The notes beneath the pieces are model-generated. The model saw nothing but the letters and a program-made list of their open reading frames with translations. It was not told the origin of the DNA and did no database searches. The translations under genes were made by a program, and so were the position numbers. A stretch of DNA of 58,558 bases, filler included, from Dugesia japonica (Eukaryota), in the NCBI GenBank assembly GCA_001938525.1. It is 5 parts of 5 records of this genome, joined end to end, with 100 filler letters (N's around TTAATTAATTAA, not from the genome) between each part and the next. Parts side by side here need not be neighbours in the genome. Positions count along the whole stretch, not along the records: positions 1 to 9,530 come from MQRL01598861.1; positions 9,631 to 24,814 come from MQRL01601952.1; 3 more parts are not named here. One strand, written 5' to 3'. Every line of letters begins with the position of its first letter. Position 1 is the first letter of the stretch. Below are positions 1 through 11,710 of the stretch, piece after piece.

Positions 1-319
1 AAAATTTTCAAAAATTGCATAGAAAAAAAATATATATATTTGTTCAAATTTATATTTTTAGAGTCTAAAATGTAACAAAACAATAAACTTTAATTTATAT
101 ATATCATATGTAATCAAAATAATAAAATTATCAAACGGGATTTTATTTTGAAATACAAAAAGAATATAGAAATGCATTTGGTAAGCAGTTTAAATAAAGT
201 CAAATTGAATAAGGAATTTTTAAATTTTTAATAATTTTCTAAAAAAAAAAAAATTTCAAATTATAAAATAACTAACCAACATAAACAAAAAATTAACAAC
301 AAAAAAAATTTTAAAAAAA

Positions 320-423
320 AAATTCTCGTCAAAAAACAAATTCTCGTCAAAAAAAAATTCTCGTCAAAAAACAAATTTTCGTCAAAAAAAATTCTCGTCA
401 CAAAAAAAATTCTCGTCAAAATT
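320..423. repeat. Tandem ~17-19 bp repeat (AAATTCTCGTCAAAAA) x6
   Basis: Six near-identical units read directly; they resemble the TTTCCCG(C/T)CAAAA units at 21325-21446 in the Polinton subterminal region. Confidence 0.8.
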
Positions 424-464
424 AAAAAAAAAAAATTTCTTACCCCCCTGAGGGGGGTGGGGGG

Positions 465-736
465 ATTGAGTCATGCTGATCTAGAAAAAAGATGAGTCAC
501 CCTGATCTAGAAAAAACGATGAGTCATCTTTATGACTCATACTTAGGATTGATTTCCTTTGTTTCACGATTCGAAGAGTCATACTTATGACTCATACTTA
601 TCTAGAAAAACGATGACTCATCATTATGACTCATACATATGACTCAGTGCCTTTGTTTCATTTATCGATGACTCATACCTATGACTCATCGTCTTTGTTT
701 CAGTCATCGATGAGTCATACTTATGACTCATCGTCT
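465..736. repeat. Array of ~12 TGAGTCA/TGACTCA motifs in both orientations
   Basis: GATGAGTCAT and TATGACTCAT units, often as inverted pairs (e.g. gatgagtcatctttatgactcat at 518-540); runs into an N gap. Confidence 0.75.
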
Positions 737-790
737 NNNNNNNNNNNNNNNNNNNNNNNNNNNNNNNNNNNNNNNNNNNNNNNNNNNNNN

Positions 791-2130
791 GGCATATGTG
801 AAAACATTGAAGAAAGCTGACGGATATCAAGGAAGATTGTTGGAGCAAGAGAGATTTTAAGAAAAGATTTCAAAATCTTTGAAGCTATCGTCGTGGTGAA
901 GAACTTGAGATGTTCTTTAAACAAGTGGAAGACTTGGTCGATAAATGTTTAGCAAATGGAGAATCGATGAATAAATAACTCATGTCAAATATGCTAATAA
1001 CTTTCGCAGATAGTAAAAAAGGAGATGAGATAATCATGCAAAAATAGGAGACAGTTGGAAATATAAAATAAACACTAGTTTATAAAATTGAAAGAAAAGA
1101 ACCTATTAACGTTGTAAAGAGTTACGCGTGACTAACACGTAAAGAAGGTACCAGAGACAGAAGTTGAAGCATAGAAAGAGTTACAAAAAGAAGAGAAGTA
1201 CAGTGTTGGACATACCAACGTTATGGACACACAAAAAGAGAGTGTCCTGAAAATTCACAAGTGAAATGCTAGACTTACAACAAGAAAGGACACTTAATTA
1301 GAAATTTTCCACACAAGAAGCCATCAAAATGTTTTGGCTGTGATAAGATTGGTCACATCAGAAGGATGTTCACAGAAATTATATGTGGTAGATGTAAAAT
1401 ACCAGATCACAGAGCAAAAGAATGTTATTCGAACATTAATAAAACAAGACTAGAAGAGAGAACACACAATTTTAAAATTGGACAACAAATATAAGATTGG
1501 AATCAGAACAAACAAATCCATGCAGAGAAGAACGATGATGAGAGTGAAGAAATATTTTATGGGAACATAGTAGAAATTGTAGATTCAAGAAGAGAATACC
1601 GCGATTATTCAGAATAATGTGGATTTATTTCTGGGGACAACTGGGACATTGGATGCACACACTTAACGAAGCATCGAATAATCACTAAAGGAGATCAAAT
1701 AAACATAAAACCATATCGTCAACCAATGAATTTAGAAGAGAAGATTGAAAAAGCCATCAAGAATTTTTATGATAACGGTATCATCCAGAAGTGTAATTCT
1801 CAATGGAATACACACAATTAGTGTGCGTTTGGAAAAAAAATGATATGCAATTATGCTTAGACTTAAGAAAGCTCAATGTAATAACATAAAGACAAGCTTT
1901 TCATATGCCAAATGTGAACGAATTGCTGGATGCTTTGGAAGGCGCACAGTATTCTAACTCAAAAGAATTAGGAAATGCATACTATCAAGTGAAACTGAGT
2001 GAAGACTCTCAAGAGAAGATAGCCTTTTCAACCAAACAAGAGAAATATTGTTTCAATAGAAACCCTTTTTCATATTGTGGTAGCATCAGGTACGTTCCAG
2101 GAAATTATGAATAAGTTTTTAAGAAAAATA
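791..2130 (+). pseudogene. Degenerate Ty3/gypsy element A, 5' part: gag with CCHC knuckle remnants and RT N-terminus
   Basis: Knuckle remnants CWTYQRYGHTKREC (~1204) and CFGCDKIGHIRR (~1330); INIKPYRQP; ORF 1905 MPNVNELLDALEGAQY..LGNAYYQVKLSEDSQEKIAFST; many stops and frameshifts. Confidence 0.85.
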
Positions 2131-2142
2131 AAATGATAAAAA

Positions 2143-2350
2143 AAGAAAAACGCTATCCTCATTAAACATTTATTTAAGACAAAGTTGCTATCAAATAAAA
2201 AACTAATTAGAAAAGTTNNNNNNNNNNNNNNNNNNNNNNNNNNNATTATTTTAATTATTTTCTTGAAATATTTTAAATTTCAAAGATTTTATAAATATTT
2301 TAATTGCGCATATAAATTTGAAATTATACAATTCAAATATCATTCTCATA
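2143..2350 (-). repeat. 3' LTR of element B (distal end truncated)
   Basis: Matches 6155-6362; directly abuts the polypurine tract. Confidence 0.88.
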
Positions 2351-3054
2351 TCCCCCTTCTTTAAGATATTTTCTGATCTTTTCAACATTACTTTCCATTG
2401 TCCGACTTAAATCATCTCGAACCAGATATCTACGGTTATGTATGTTTTTAACTACAAAGAAAGGACCTACAAAACGATCCTGATCTTTATTTCTCGTTTT
2501 CTTCTTGATAAGCACTGCATATCCAATAGCGAAAGTACTTTTCGTTGGATACGTAACCTTTGGTATATTGTTAACCTTCTCCAGCTTTAGTTGTCTAGGT
2601 GGAAACCACCTTTCTATGCTGATTTTTCTACCAAACACCTGTTGTTTTCTATACTGTCACAATCCGAAATTGTCCGAAATGGCCTTTCTACATATCCATT
2701 CGCATTGTGGTGATAAGGACTTAAGAAAAATAGCTTAATATTCATCCCAACTGCAAATTTCTTCATTTTTTGTGATTCAAATACCTTTTCACAATCTTTA
2801 TGAATATATCTCGGAGCTCCTACCTTTAATATCCAGTAATCTTTCAATACACAAGTTATTGACTCTTCATCTTGTTTTGCTGTTGCTGTTAATAATATAT
2901 ATTTACTATTCTGGTCGAAAATTGCCACGATATATTTCTTTTTATGGAACGTTTTTGGCCATGGCCTTGCTATATCAATATATATTCGCTCAAACGGCCT
3001 CGCCGACTCGGATTTTATAGTTTCTTCTTTAGTTTTAGTTGTTACCACCTTCAC
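2333..3054 (-). pseudogene. Gypsy integrase (rve core and C-terminus), frameshifted
   Basis: RPFERIYIDIARPWP..KYIVAIFDQNSKY, SPYHHNANGYVER, RFVGPFFVVK. Confidence 0.88.
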
Positions 3055-4268
3055 ACGCTAACATGCTTTTTTTCGTGTGACATCATGAATTTTACACAAG
3101 TGCCACATGCCTGCCTTGAGAGAAAATCCACATTGACACGTTTGTCGCTCTTCTGATAATGTAAATCAATGTCTAATTCACTGAGGTAATTGATCCAATT
3201 TTGAAATTGTGTCGTTATAGGTTTCTTTGTAGTTAACCTAAACGTAATCGCCTTATGATCTATTCGTAGAGTGAATCTTCGCCCATAAAAGTAGTGACTG
3301 AAATGGTTGAAAATATAGAATATCGCCAGCAACTCCTTTCTTGTTATACAATACCCAAATTCATGGTCATTCATTGCGTGTGATCTATACGCTATCACCT
3401 TTTCTTTTCCATTGTTGTTAATTTGTGATAATACGTCACCGATTTTATTGTAGCTTGCATACATATTCGGTATGAATTCTCTCCTGACATCTGGAAACAC
3501 TAAAATTGGTGGCTTCGTCAATGTTTCTTTCATAACTCTGAATGAATTTTCGCAGCGCTGTGTCCATATTAACTTCTTATTATTAACACTGCACAGTTTT
3601 TCTAGTTCTCTAGCCTTCTTTTCGTAATCCTTTATGAATCTTCTGTAATAGCAACATATGTCAAAGAAACTTCTCAATCCTATTACGCATTTGGGCCTTT
3701 CGTATGTCTGTATTGCCACCAATTTTACTGGATCGGTCTGAATTCCTTTATCACTTATGATGTGTCCCAAACGTTTGCTCTCCTTTCTTAGCAAATGACA
3801 TTTTGACGGGCTCAAACGTGGTTCTGCTTGATGTATTTCACTAAATACTTCATCCAGTGTTTTATAATGCTCTTCCAAGTTTTCTGAATATATTGGAATA
3901 TCGTCTAAATACACTTTTGTTCCTTTTGTTGTACAAAAAACCTTTGTCATGAGTTCCTGGAATGTCCCAGGCGCTGCAGCTATGNCAAACGGCATTCTAT
4001 TGAAGCAGTATTGACCTGANTTTGTTGTAAAAGCTGTTTTATCTTTTGACTCCTCTTCTAGCTCTACTTGATAGTAAGCATTACTTAAATCTAATGAGCT
4101 GAAGAATTTCAGGCAGTCTAATCTATCCAGAATCTCTTCTGCATTTGGCATTGGAAATGCTTGTCTTTCCGTAATAGCGTTCAACCGTCGAAAATCCAGA
4201 CAGAGACGAATATCTTTTTTTCTTTTTTCCAGATACATATCAACAGGGTGTTCCATCTTGAATTGCAC
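3051..4268 (-). CDS. Gypsy reverse transcriptase plus RNase H
   Basis: RLCLDFRRLN, LDLSNAYYQV, KTAFTT, RMPF, VYLDDI, ELLAI..FSHYFYGRRFTLRIDHKAI. Confidence 0.93.
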   Translation of the reverse strand: MQFKMEHPVDMYLEKRKKDIRLCLDFRRLNAITERQAFPMPNAEEILDRLDCLKFFSSLDLSNAYYQVELEEESKDKTAFTTXSGQYCFNRMPFXIAAAPGTFQELMTKVFCTTKGTKVYLDDIPIYSENLEEHYKTLDEVFSEIHQAEPRLSPSKCHLLRKESKRLGHIISDKGIQTDPVKLVAIQTYERPKCVIGLRSFFDICCYYRRFIKDYEKKARELEKLCSVNNKKLIWTQRCENSFRVMKETLTKPPILVFPDVRREFIPNMYASYNKIGDVLSQINNNGKEKVIAYRSHAMNDHEFGYCITRKELLAIFYIFNHFSHYFYGRRFTLRIDHKAITFRLTTKKPITTQFQNWINYLSELDIDLHYQKSDKRVNVDFLSRQACGTCVKFMMSHEKKHVSV

Positions 4269-4477
4269 TTTAGTATAATTCTATTTTCAAAAAAATTCCG
4301 TACCCCTTCGTTTATCTTATTCTCAAAGTTCATAGGTGTCCTCCATGGCTTCCTTCTTTTGTTACTTTTTTATGCTTCACCAGTTTTGTGCATCCTACGT
4401 CCTATTTGTCTGTCATAAAGATATTTGAATATTTTCTTATCAACTTTTTGGTTGTGCAATTTTCGCATGTATTTATC

Positions 4478-5080
4478 TCACTCAGCTTTTTGACATCTTT
4501 TTTCATCTGTAATAATCCTTCCAAAATGCGACTCGATACTGCAAATCTGATCTTGATTATATCTTTTTGCTGTATCTATCCAATGTAGTTCTAATCCAAA
4601 ACTGGTCTGCAACTCAATGCAAACAATTATGCTAGGGATTACTTTTTCCACAACTATGAAATTAATCCATCTAGTCAAAATGTCGATCCTCACTTCCACC
4701 TAAAATCTTCCTTTGGTGATTAGTGAACTGTCGTTAGCGCACCGTAGTCTGTTCTTGGCTGTTAATAACGAGACATCCTTGAATTTGTTAAACACATCCA
4801 AACCCATCACATTAATTCTTGCTACGGTATCCAGTAGGCATTCAAACTCCATGCTTTGGATCTTTATAGCAATACTCGGTCTACCCTGCATTATATCATA
4901 TCTAACAACACCTTTACCCCATTCTTTCACTGTTGCGAAAGTTGGTTCCACTGATGTTTCTCCCTTGATTACTGATATCTCTTTCTTAAAAAAATTAAAA
5001 AATCGTTCTTTGACCTCATCTTTTATATTATTGATATGACTACTTTTACTATAACTATTGATATTTTGGGGATCACCCAT
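4478..5080 (-). pseudogene. Gypsy aspartic protease (disrupted)
   Basis: FECLLDTVARINV (DTG-like active site), LRCANDSSL; in-frame stop at about 4700. Confidence 0.8.
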
Positions 5081-5099
5081 TAGATTTGGAGTTCTACGG

Positions 5100-6110
5100 C
5101 TCCGACCATTTCTCCTGTTAATGGAGCCTCTCCTTTTGGGTTACTCCTTGATTCATATACGTTTGCGTCATATATATTGCTACCATATCTAACGTCTTCA
5201 TATCTGTCGTCCTCATATTTCTTGTTACGTGTCTCATCATCTCCACTGCATTGATGTTAACATGTCTACCCGGATTTGGGATCTTTTTTACCTCATTTTT
5301 CTTATAATCCGAAGGATATTCGTTCCATCTCTTGTACTCTATCTTTGTGAAACAGTTTTCAATTTTATGACCGCTTTTGTTGCATTTTCCGCCCTTTATC
5401 TTGTTTCACTGTTTTCTTATATGCCCTACACTTCCACATGCATAGCATGTAGGAGGCTTTCTGTCTGGGCACTCCCGACTTATGTGTCCTAATTTGTGAC
5501 AATTACAAAATTTTACTTTCTCTGTTTTGAACTCTCTTTTGGAATTTGACCCTTTGAAGGTTGATTCCTGCATCATTTGTATCGTTCTTTTTGGTTCCGT
5601 GTATAATACCTCCTTATAGGTACACATCACGGTTATTCTTTCTGTCTTTTTGGCGATTCTTTAAATGTCTCTGATAGTTTCCTTTATTCCTTCCGGTTAA
5701 GAAGCTTTTTTCATCAGAATTTCTTTCTTTGCCTTCTTATGTGCCGTTGCGTTTATCAGAAGTGTTGATATTACCGACTCTTTTGACAGATTATGTCTAA
5801 GCAGTTTATCTGCCAGTTTTTCTACGTCGTGAAAGAATACCTCATTATCAGTATCACCCTGCCTGTAACGAATTCTTCAAGGTCTTCAAAAACGTCTCTT
5901 GGTCTTTCCACTAATAGTCGTAGCCTAGCTTCATACCCCTTGAATTTGTTCTCTGATGCTTCATATCTTTCTTCAAGCTTCGGGTCAATCATCTTACTGA
6001 TTACAATTTCTGGTAAATCTTTGGGAGTTTTGGCCACTTTGAAGAATCGACCGACATCCCCCAAGAATCTGTCCAGATTGTCGCCTAACTTAAAAGGTCT
6101 CGGGTGTAAC
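5100..6110 (-). pseudogene. Gypsy gag with two CCHC zinc knuckles
   Basis: FCNCHKLGHISREC and CYACGSVGHIRKQ; N-terminal LHPRPFKLGDNLDRFL; frameshifts. Confidence 0.8.
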
Positions 6111-6154
6111 AAATCTGTAACTAATTTTGAGCCTGACGTGGTCGTTATATTAGC

Positions 6155-6362
6155 AAGAAAAACGCTATCCTCATCAAACATTTATTTAAGACAAAGTTGC
6201 TATCAAATAAAAAACTAAATAGAAAAGTTATAATATTCAAACAAATNNNNNNNNNNNNNNNNNNAATTATTTTCTTGAAATATTTTAAATTTCAAAGGTT
6301 TTATAAATATTTTAATTGCGCATATAAATTTGAAATTAAACAATTCAAATATCATTCTCACA
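6155..6362 (-). repeat. 5' LTR of element B
   Basis: Begins TGTGAGAATG at 6362 on the minus strand and matches 2143-2350; true 3' end lies somewhat left of 6155. Confidence 0.88.
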
Positions 6363-8074
6363 CTTATATGTACGGAAACAAAGGATCAACACTACGAAAT
6401 AGTCAATAAAGTATTGACAGAAATTAAGAATGCTAATCAAGGTGTTATTCCGGAGAAATGCCAATTCCTACAAAACGAGATCAAAGTTTTGGGACACACT
6501 ATCAGTAAAGAAGGTGTCAAAACAGATCCAACTAAAATAGAAGCAATTAGGAATTTTGGCAAACCAAAATGCGTTAAGAAGATGTGAAGATTTTTGGCAA
6601 TTTGCAATTACTATCGCTAAAGATTATTCGAAAAAAAGCTAGATTGCTGGAACAACTGTGTAGTGGACCGAATAACAAGAACATTGAATAGGCTAACAAA
6701 TTAGAAGACGTTTTTAATGGAATAAAAGAAGCATTAATGATGTCTCCTATATTATTTTTTCCAGATATAAATAGAGCATTTATTTTGGTTTCAGATGTAA
6801 ATTTCGACACGATTGCAGCAGTACTTTATCAAAGAGACAGCAAGGGACAAGAAAGAGTAATTGCATATGGATCACACGCAATGACGAGTCATGAGAAAGG
6901 ATATTGTACTACGCGGAAAGAATTACTCACAATTTACTACTTTTGTATTTATTTCAAACATTATTTATATAGAAAAAGATTTATTCTTAGAATAGACCAT
7001 AAAGCTATCAATTTTATGTTGAATACCAAGAAACTGATCACATCACAGTTTAAAACCTAAATTAATAATTTGAGCAGTTTAGATAGAAAATTAGATTATA
7101 GAAAACGAACGCTTCATACAAATGCGGGTATGTTGTCAAGGAGTAAATGCAATACATGCACAATCCCTAACGTCACATGAAGATCGCAAGAGTGGGAAAT
7201 TAAAAATAAAGATGTTAAATACAGTAGATATCTAGGAGAAGCAAGAAAATTTTGGAGAAAATGATGAAAGAACGTGGATACCTAATAGAAGAGGTTATAA
7301 TGAGGATACACCATCTATTATGTCATGCTGGAACAGAAAAAGTAGCCACGTGTGTAAAACATAAATATAACACGAAACATTTGTGGAGCAAAGTATAACA
7401 TGCCAGAAAGCTAAAGTGTTGACAACAAAAACGAAGGAAGAAACGAAAATGACACAGCCAGCCGATATATTTGAGTTGTTATTTATAGATATGTGCGGAC
7501 CACTTCAGGTAAAAAGAGGTTGAAAAAGATATGTTCTCGGTATAATAGATCAATGCAGTAAGTATGTAACCTTGATAGCAATGGTAAGACAAGATGAAGA
7601 TACCATACGGAAAGCAATAATGGAGAAGTGGATATTAAAGTTTGGGTGTCCGAGAGAAATTAGAGTTGATTGTGCAATAGCATTTGAATCTAAATCAATG
7701 AAAGATTCTTGCATCTAAACATTGCATCGGATGTATTGTCAGGGATAGAATTTTCCTTGAATGCCTCAAAACAGAAGACCATAGGGAAAACCCCAGCTAA
7801 AACCGTATTTGGGGAGAGAATAAGCAGAGAAAAATAGTACGAAACATATTCTCAAAGAGAGCACAAAGAGCAAAATAAAGGGGTACTAACCAAAATAAAA
7901 TTCAAGGTCATTGGAGAGATCATAATGAAAGTTGAAACTAGAACCAAGATCGCTATAAAGAACCCTATAAAATCAAGAGGAAATTTCATGGCAAATGTTA
8001 CATCCTGGAAGATACGAACGGAAAATGTTTTTTAAGTAACGTAGAAAAGATCTAAAAATTTCTTAAAAAAGGGA
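6363..8074 (+). pseudogene. Degenerate gypsy element A, 3' part: RT C-half, RNase H, integrase
   Basis: LICTETKDQHYEIV resumes RT just after the YxDD position; PILFFPD..KELLTIYYFCIYFKHYL; HHLLCHAG; LFIDMCGPL; PPT AAAAAAGGGA at 8065-8074. Confidence 0.87.
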
Positions 8075-8270
8075 TGTAAGATAGTTTTTAAAAGCAGATT
8101 TGACAGTTTATTTTTACTTTTGACAGTTTTTTTCTTTCTTTGTTATCAACATGAAAATGTAGGATTTAAAACTGATTTTTTAAATTATTTTTTGTAAAGA
8201 ATTGTTTATGAAATCGAAATAATACGGCTAATAACCAATTCTTATTGAATAAAACATTAACGTCTTTACA
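8075..8270 (+). repeat. Probable 3' LTR of element A (~196 bp)
   Basis: TGTAAGA...TCTTTACA termini immediately after the PPT; AATAAA at about 8248. Confidence 0.65.
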
Positions 8271-8299
8271 ACAAAATGTCACCAGTTCCTTCATAGCTA

Positions 8300-8650
8300 T
8301 TTCATTAAATTTTTAGTTTTCAAATTAGCAAAAAGCTTTGTCCAGAGATCAACCCAGATTTAGAAACATTTATAGGATAATTTATGGGAAGGTTTGTGTA
8401 GAGATTAACTATATCAAAAGAAACCTTAATTTTCTTATATAAGATAAGTTATTTATTTTAGAAGCAATTTACGAATTCAAAAGTATCTTTAAAATCTCTA
8501 TCATTGCATATTAATGATTGAAGGATTTTGTCAAGAATTTTTGCAACTTTACATTGCATTGTTTATTATTAATAAAACCGGTTTTAAATTGATGTCTGGT
8601 TTATGTACTTTTGGTAAACCATACAGCTTTGAAGGCTGATATCCATAGCA
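8300..8650 (-). pseudogene. Penelope-like retroelement RT fragment
   Basis: Manual minus-strand translation gives PSKLYGLPKVHKPDINLKPV and VSFDIVNLYTNLP, typical Penelope/Poseidon RT motifs. Confidence 0.8.
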
Positions 8651-9631
8651 TAACATGACATTTGAAACTAAACTATTTACGCGAGCTCCTTTTTGTTCGA
8701 TTGATTGTCATCATTGATTGGTAGTGGTACACTATTCTTTCTAGTTATTAATCAAAAACCGTGTTATTCTTCAAGGAAACTTTGATACTTCGAAATATTG
8801 GCGTTCAGTAAAAAAAAATTATGATTGAAGTTACAAATTATTTGATTTTTTAGTACACAAGCTCATGGAACTATTTTTTACCGATCAAAATATTTCTGAA
8901 TAAGTAATAATTTTGTTGTTAATTGGTTGGTTTTATTTTTTTAAAAAAATTTTAAAATCTACTCTTGTATGAATTTTACAGCGTTATTCTGATTTTATGC
9001 GAATTACTTCAATCAAATTCAAACTTGTGTATGTATGTGTAATAATAAATTAATTGAAATTCTCGTTTATTTATGCAGTCTTCAGTTGCATATATTTTTT
9101 AATTGATTAGTTTGCAGATTCTCTGTCTTTAATTATAAAATTACTGAAACTACCCAATACAAAAGTCTAAAATCGTNTCATGAATATTATTGATATTTTC
9201 GTCGTCTTTCTGTATGCTTATAAACAAAAAAATAAGAAAGTTCGTTATTTAAATAATCAAATTTAACAAAAAAATACCAGATCAAAATATTTATTTGTAA
9301 TAAATGTTTGATTAAAATGTCAGTCAGCTTATCAAATCAGTTTATCTAATCCTTTTTTCTATATTGTTTATTATCGAATGGATTTGTTTCACATTTACTT
9401 TCATTACCAGTGCAAGGCTCTGAAATTATAATTTAATTTTCAAAAATTGAGATTCTTATATTTATTATTATTGATTATTATTCTTATTATTGATTATTCT
9501 TATTATTGATCATTATTATTGATTATTATTNNNNNNNNNNNNNNNNNNNNNNNNNNNNNNNNNNNNNNNNNNNNTTAATTAATTAANNNNNNNNNNNNNN
9601 NNNNNNNNNNNNNNNNNNNNNNNNNNNNNNA

Positions 9632-11710
9632 CCATAACGTTTTTCTTATACTCCCCGTCTAATGATCTCATGATTTGCTCTGTTGTTCGAAGATGTAGAT
9701 GTGAGAGTACTGAGGTTTTAAATAAAAACAATCTCTCGCTTTCAAATAATGCCACTTCAGTAGCACCACCAGGTTTTAATCCATAGATGTAAATGGGCTC
9801 GTTTACCTCTTTTTTATTAACAATTTCAACTGGTGAACAAATTATATATTGTTCGAGTGGTTTTGGCCATTTTAGCTTATTCAATGCTTCTAATAAGGCT
9901 TCCACCGTTGTATTCTTTAATGACAATTTTCGAGGAATATTTTGGTATCCAAATCGGTGATTGTATTTAGATATTTGTTCTTCCATCAAATAAGCCAAAT
10001 TCATACAATCATGTGCGGGTTTTATCGCTTCCATCGCACTAATTTTATAATCAGTCGTAGTTGACTCTTCTAAAATTTCCTTTTCAAATTCATCGATCAT
10101 AAACTTCCATTTTAATTTAGTTGTCACATCTATTTGTTGTTCTTCCAATTGTTGCCGCAGATACTCTTGTTTCAATCTTTCAAAAGTTTTCTGCTCCTGA
10201 TTCTGCGTCTCTTGTATCATATTTATTTGATGTTGAGTTTTGGCTCTGCTATTATTTATTTCCTGCTTTAATGCTTCATTTTGCTGTCTCATTTTCTCAA
10301 TTGTTGAATTTAAATTTGGTTTTGCATTAAAGTTATTATAGTTTGTTTNATTACCGTCGTTCCTGAAGCAATTTCTANTAATATGTCCTGACTTATTACA
10401 TATATAACATACCGGTGGCTTGTTCTGAAAACAAGTTTCTGCACTATGTCCGGGTTTCTGGCAAATTGTACAAATTTTTATTGTTTTTTCTGGCGGTCTA
10501 GATTTGCACTCTCTTGCTCGATGTCCAATTTTTCCACAATTATAACAAGTCATATTTGATGATTGCCAGTTCACTTGTTTGTTGTTATTATTATTTTATT
10601 TAAAATTATTCGTTTGCCATCTCGTATTCACAGATGATAGTGACTTCAATAATGACTTAGCTCTTGGTATAAAATCAGATACCTTCGGAGCATCTTTAGT
10701 CTGTTCATCTTGTTCTTCTATTTGGAACACTTTACCCACTTTTGGTTGAAGAGCGTCAACATTATGACATACTCTTGCTGAATTTATGGCCAACTCTACT
10801 GTTTGTGGTTGAGTTAAATGCACATGTCTGCATTTCTCAACCCTTTTATAAATGCTCCAATTATAACTCCTTCAATTATATTATCTCCCATAGCTACTTT
10901 CCGAAATCTTAGCAATTCAGCCGCATATGCTTGAAATGATTCATTTTTATGCTGTCAACTGTTCATAAAATCTTGCATCTTCTGACCTTGTAATGCAGGT
11001 GCTTTAAAAATATCTAATAATAATGTTTTAGCCTCTTCCCATTTTTTCACTTTATCTTTTCAGTGGCTTTATCCCAATAAATAGTTTTATTAGCTCCAAC
11101 TAAATACAGTTTCTAAATACGCTCTACAGCTGTTTCATCCCTCCAACGACATGCATTGATATGAATTTCATAATTTGGGATGAAATCGAGTATTTTATCC
11201 GGATCTCCGTCATATTTATCACCACTGAAATCAGTTCTCCATTCTTTGCGTTTATCGTCCAAATCCGATTCATGTTGTCTACTATTAGACGACATTTTAT
11301 TTAATTTTTGGATTTTTTCTTGATCGCTTAAATTTTCCGCATCACTCTTTGATTCCGAATTTGGTAAAAAAAGCGACACAGGTACTGCAATATTTGCTTT
11401 ATTGGCTATTGAATTATCACTATATTCACTATCTGTTATATTTGTATCTACTATCTGATTTTGATTATCAATATTTGACTCTGTTTATATATTTTCTCTT
11501 GATTCTGAGGATTCCCTTGTTATTGTCAAAGTAAAGCAGTTAGGTGATTGATTTGTTTCTGAGGATATTGGCGTTATAGATGTCCTTGATTCCTTTCTTG
11601 TAAGTGATGATGCTCTTTGGGATTTTGGTTTGTGCTCTTTTCTACTTCCAACAGTAGATCTTGTATAATATCTGGGCTTTTCCGAATTTTCAATGGCTAT
11701 CGTAGTATAA
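9632..11710 (-). pseudogene. Long gag-like gene with capsid-like domain, three CCHC knuckles and a coiled-coil C-terminal extension (element C)
   Basis: KYDGDPDKILDFIPNYEIHINACRW (retrotransposon gag start), PQTVELAINSA, CYNCGKIGHRAREC / CTICQKPGHSAETC / CYICNKSGHIxRNC; split over ORFs 11113-11379, 10596-10823 and 9579-10574. Confidence 0.85.

Larger units (their letters stand above)
2143..6362 (-). mobile_element. Ty3/gypsy LTR retrotransposon B (near full length, two LTRs), nested in the RT of element A
   Basis: Highly similar ~210 bp direct repeats at 2143-2350 and 6155-6362 (minus-strand starts TGTGAGAATG and TATGAGAATG); PPT AAAGAAGGGGGA at 2351-2362; gag-PR-RT-RH-INT order. Confidence 0.92.

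Noticed and set aside
320-736. Repeat arrays as a possible CRISPR
   Set aside because: No unique spacers, no cas genes, eukaryotic context.
9531-9630. N-run/TTAATTAATTAA/N-run motif, also at about 24859, 38943 and 49190
   Set aside because: Artificial contig linker with stops in all six frames; not biological. Adjacency across these joins is not evidence of linkage.
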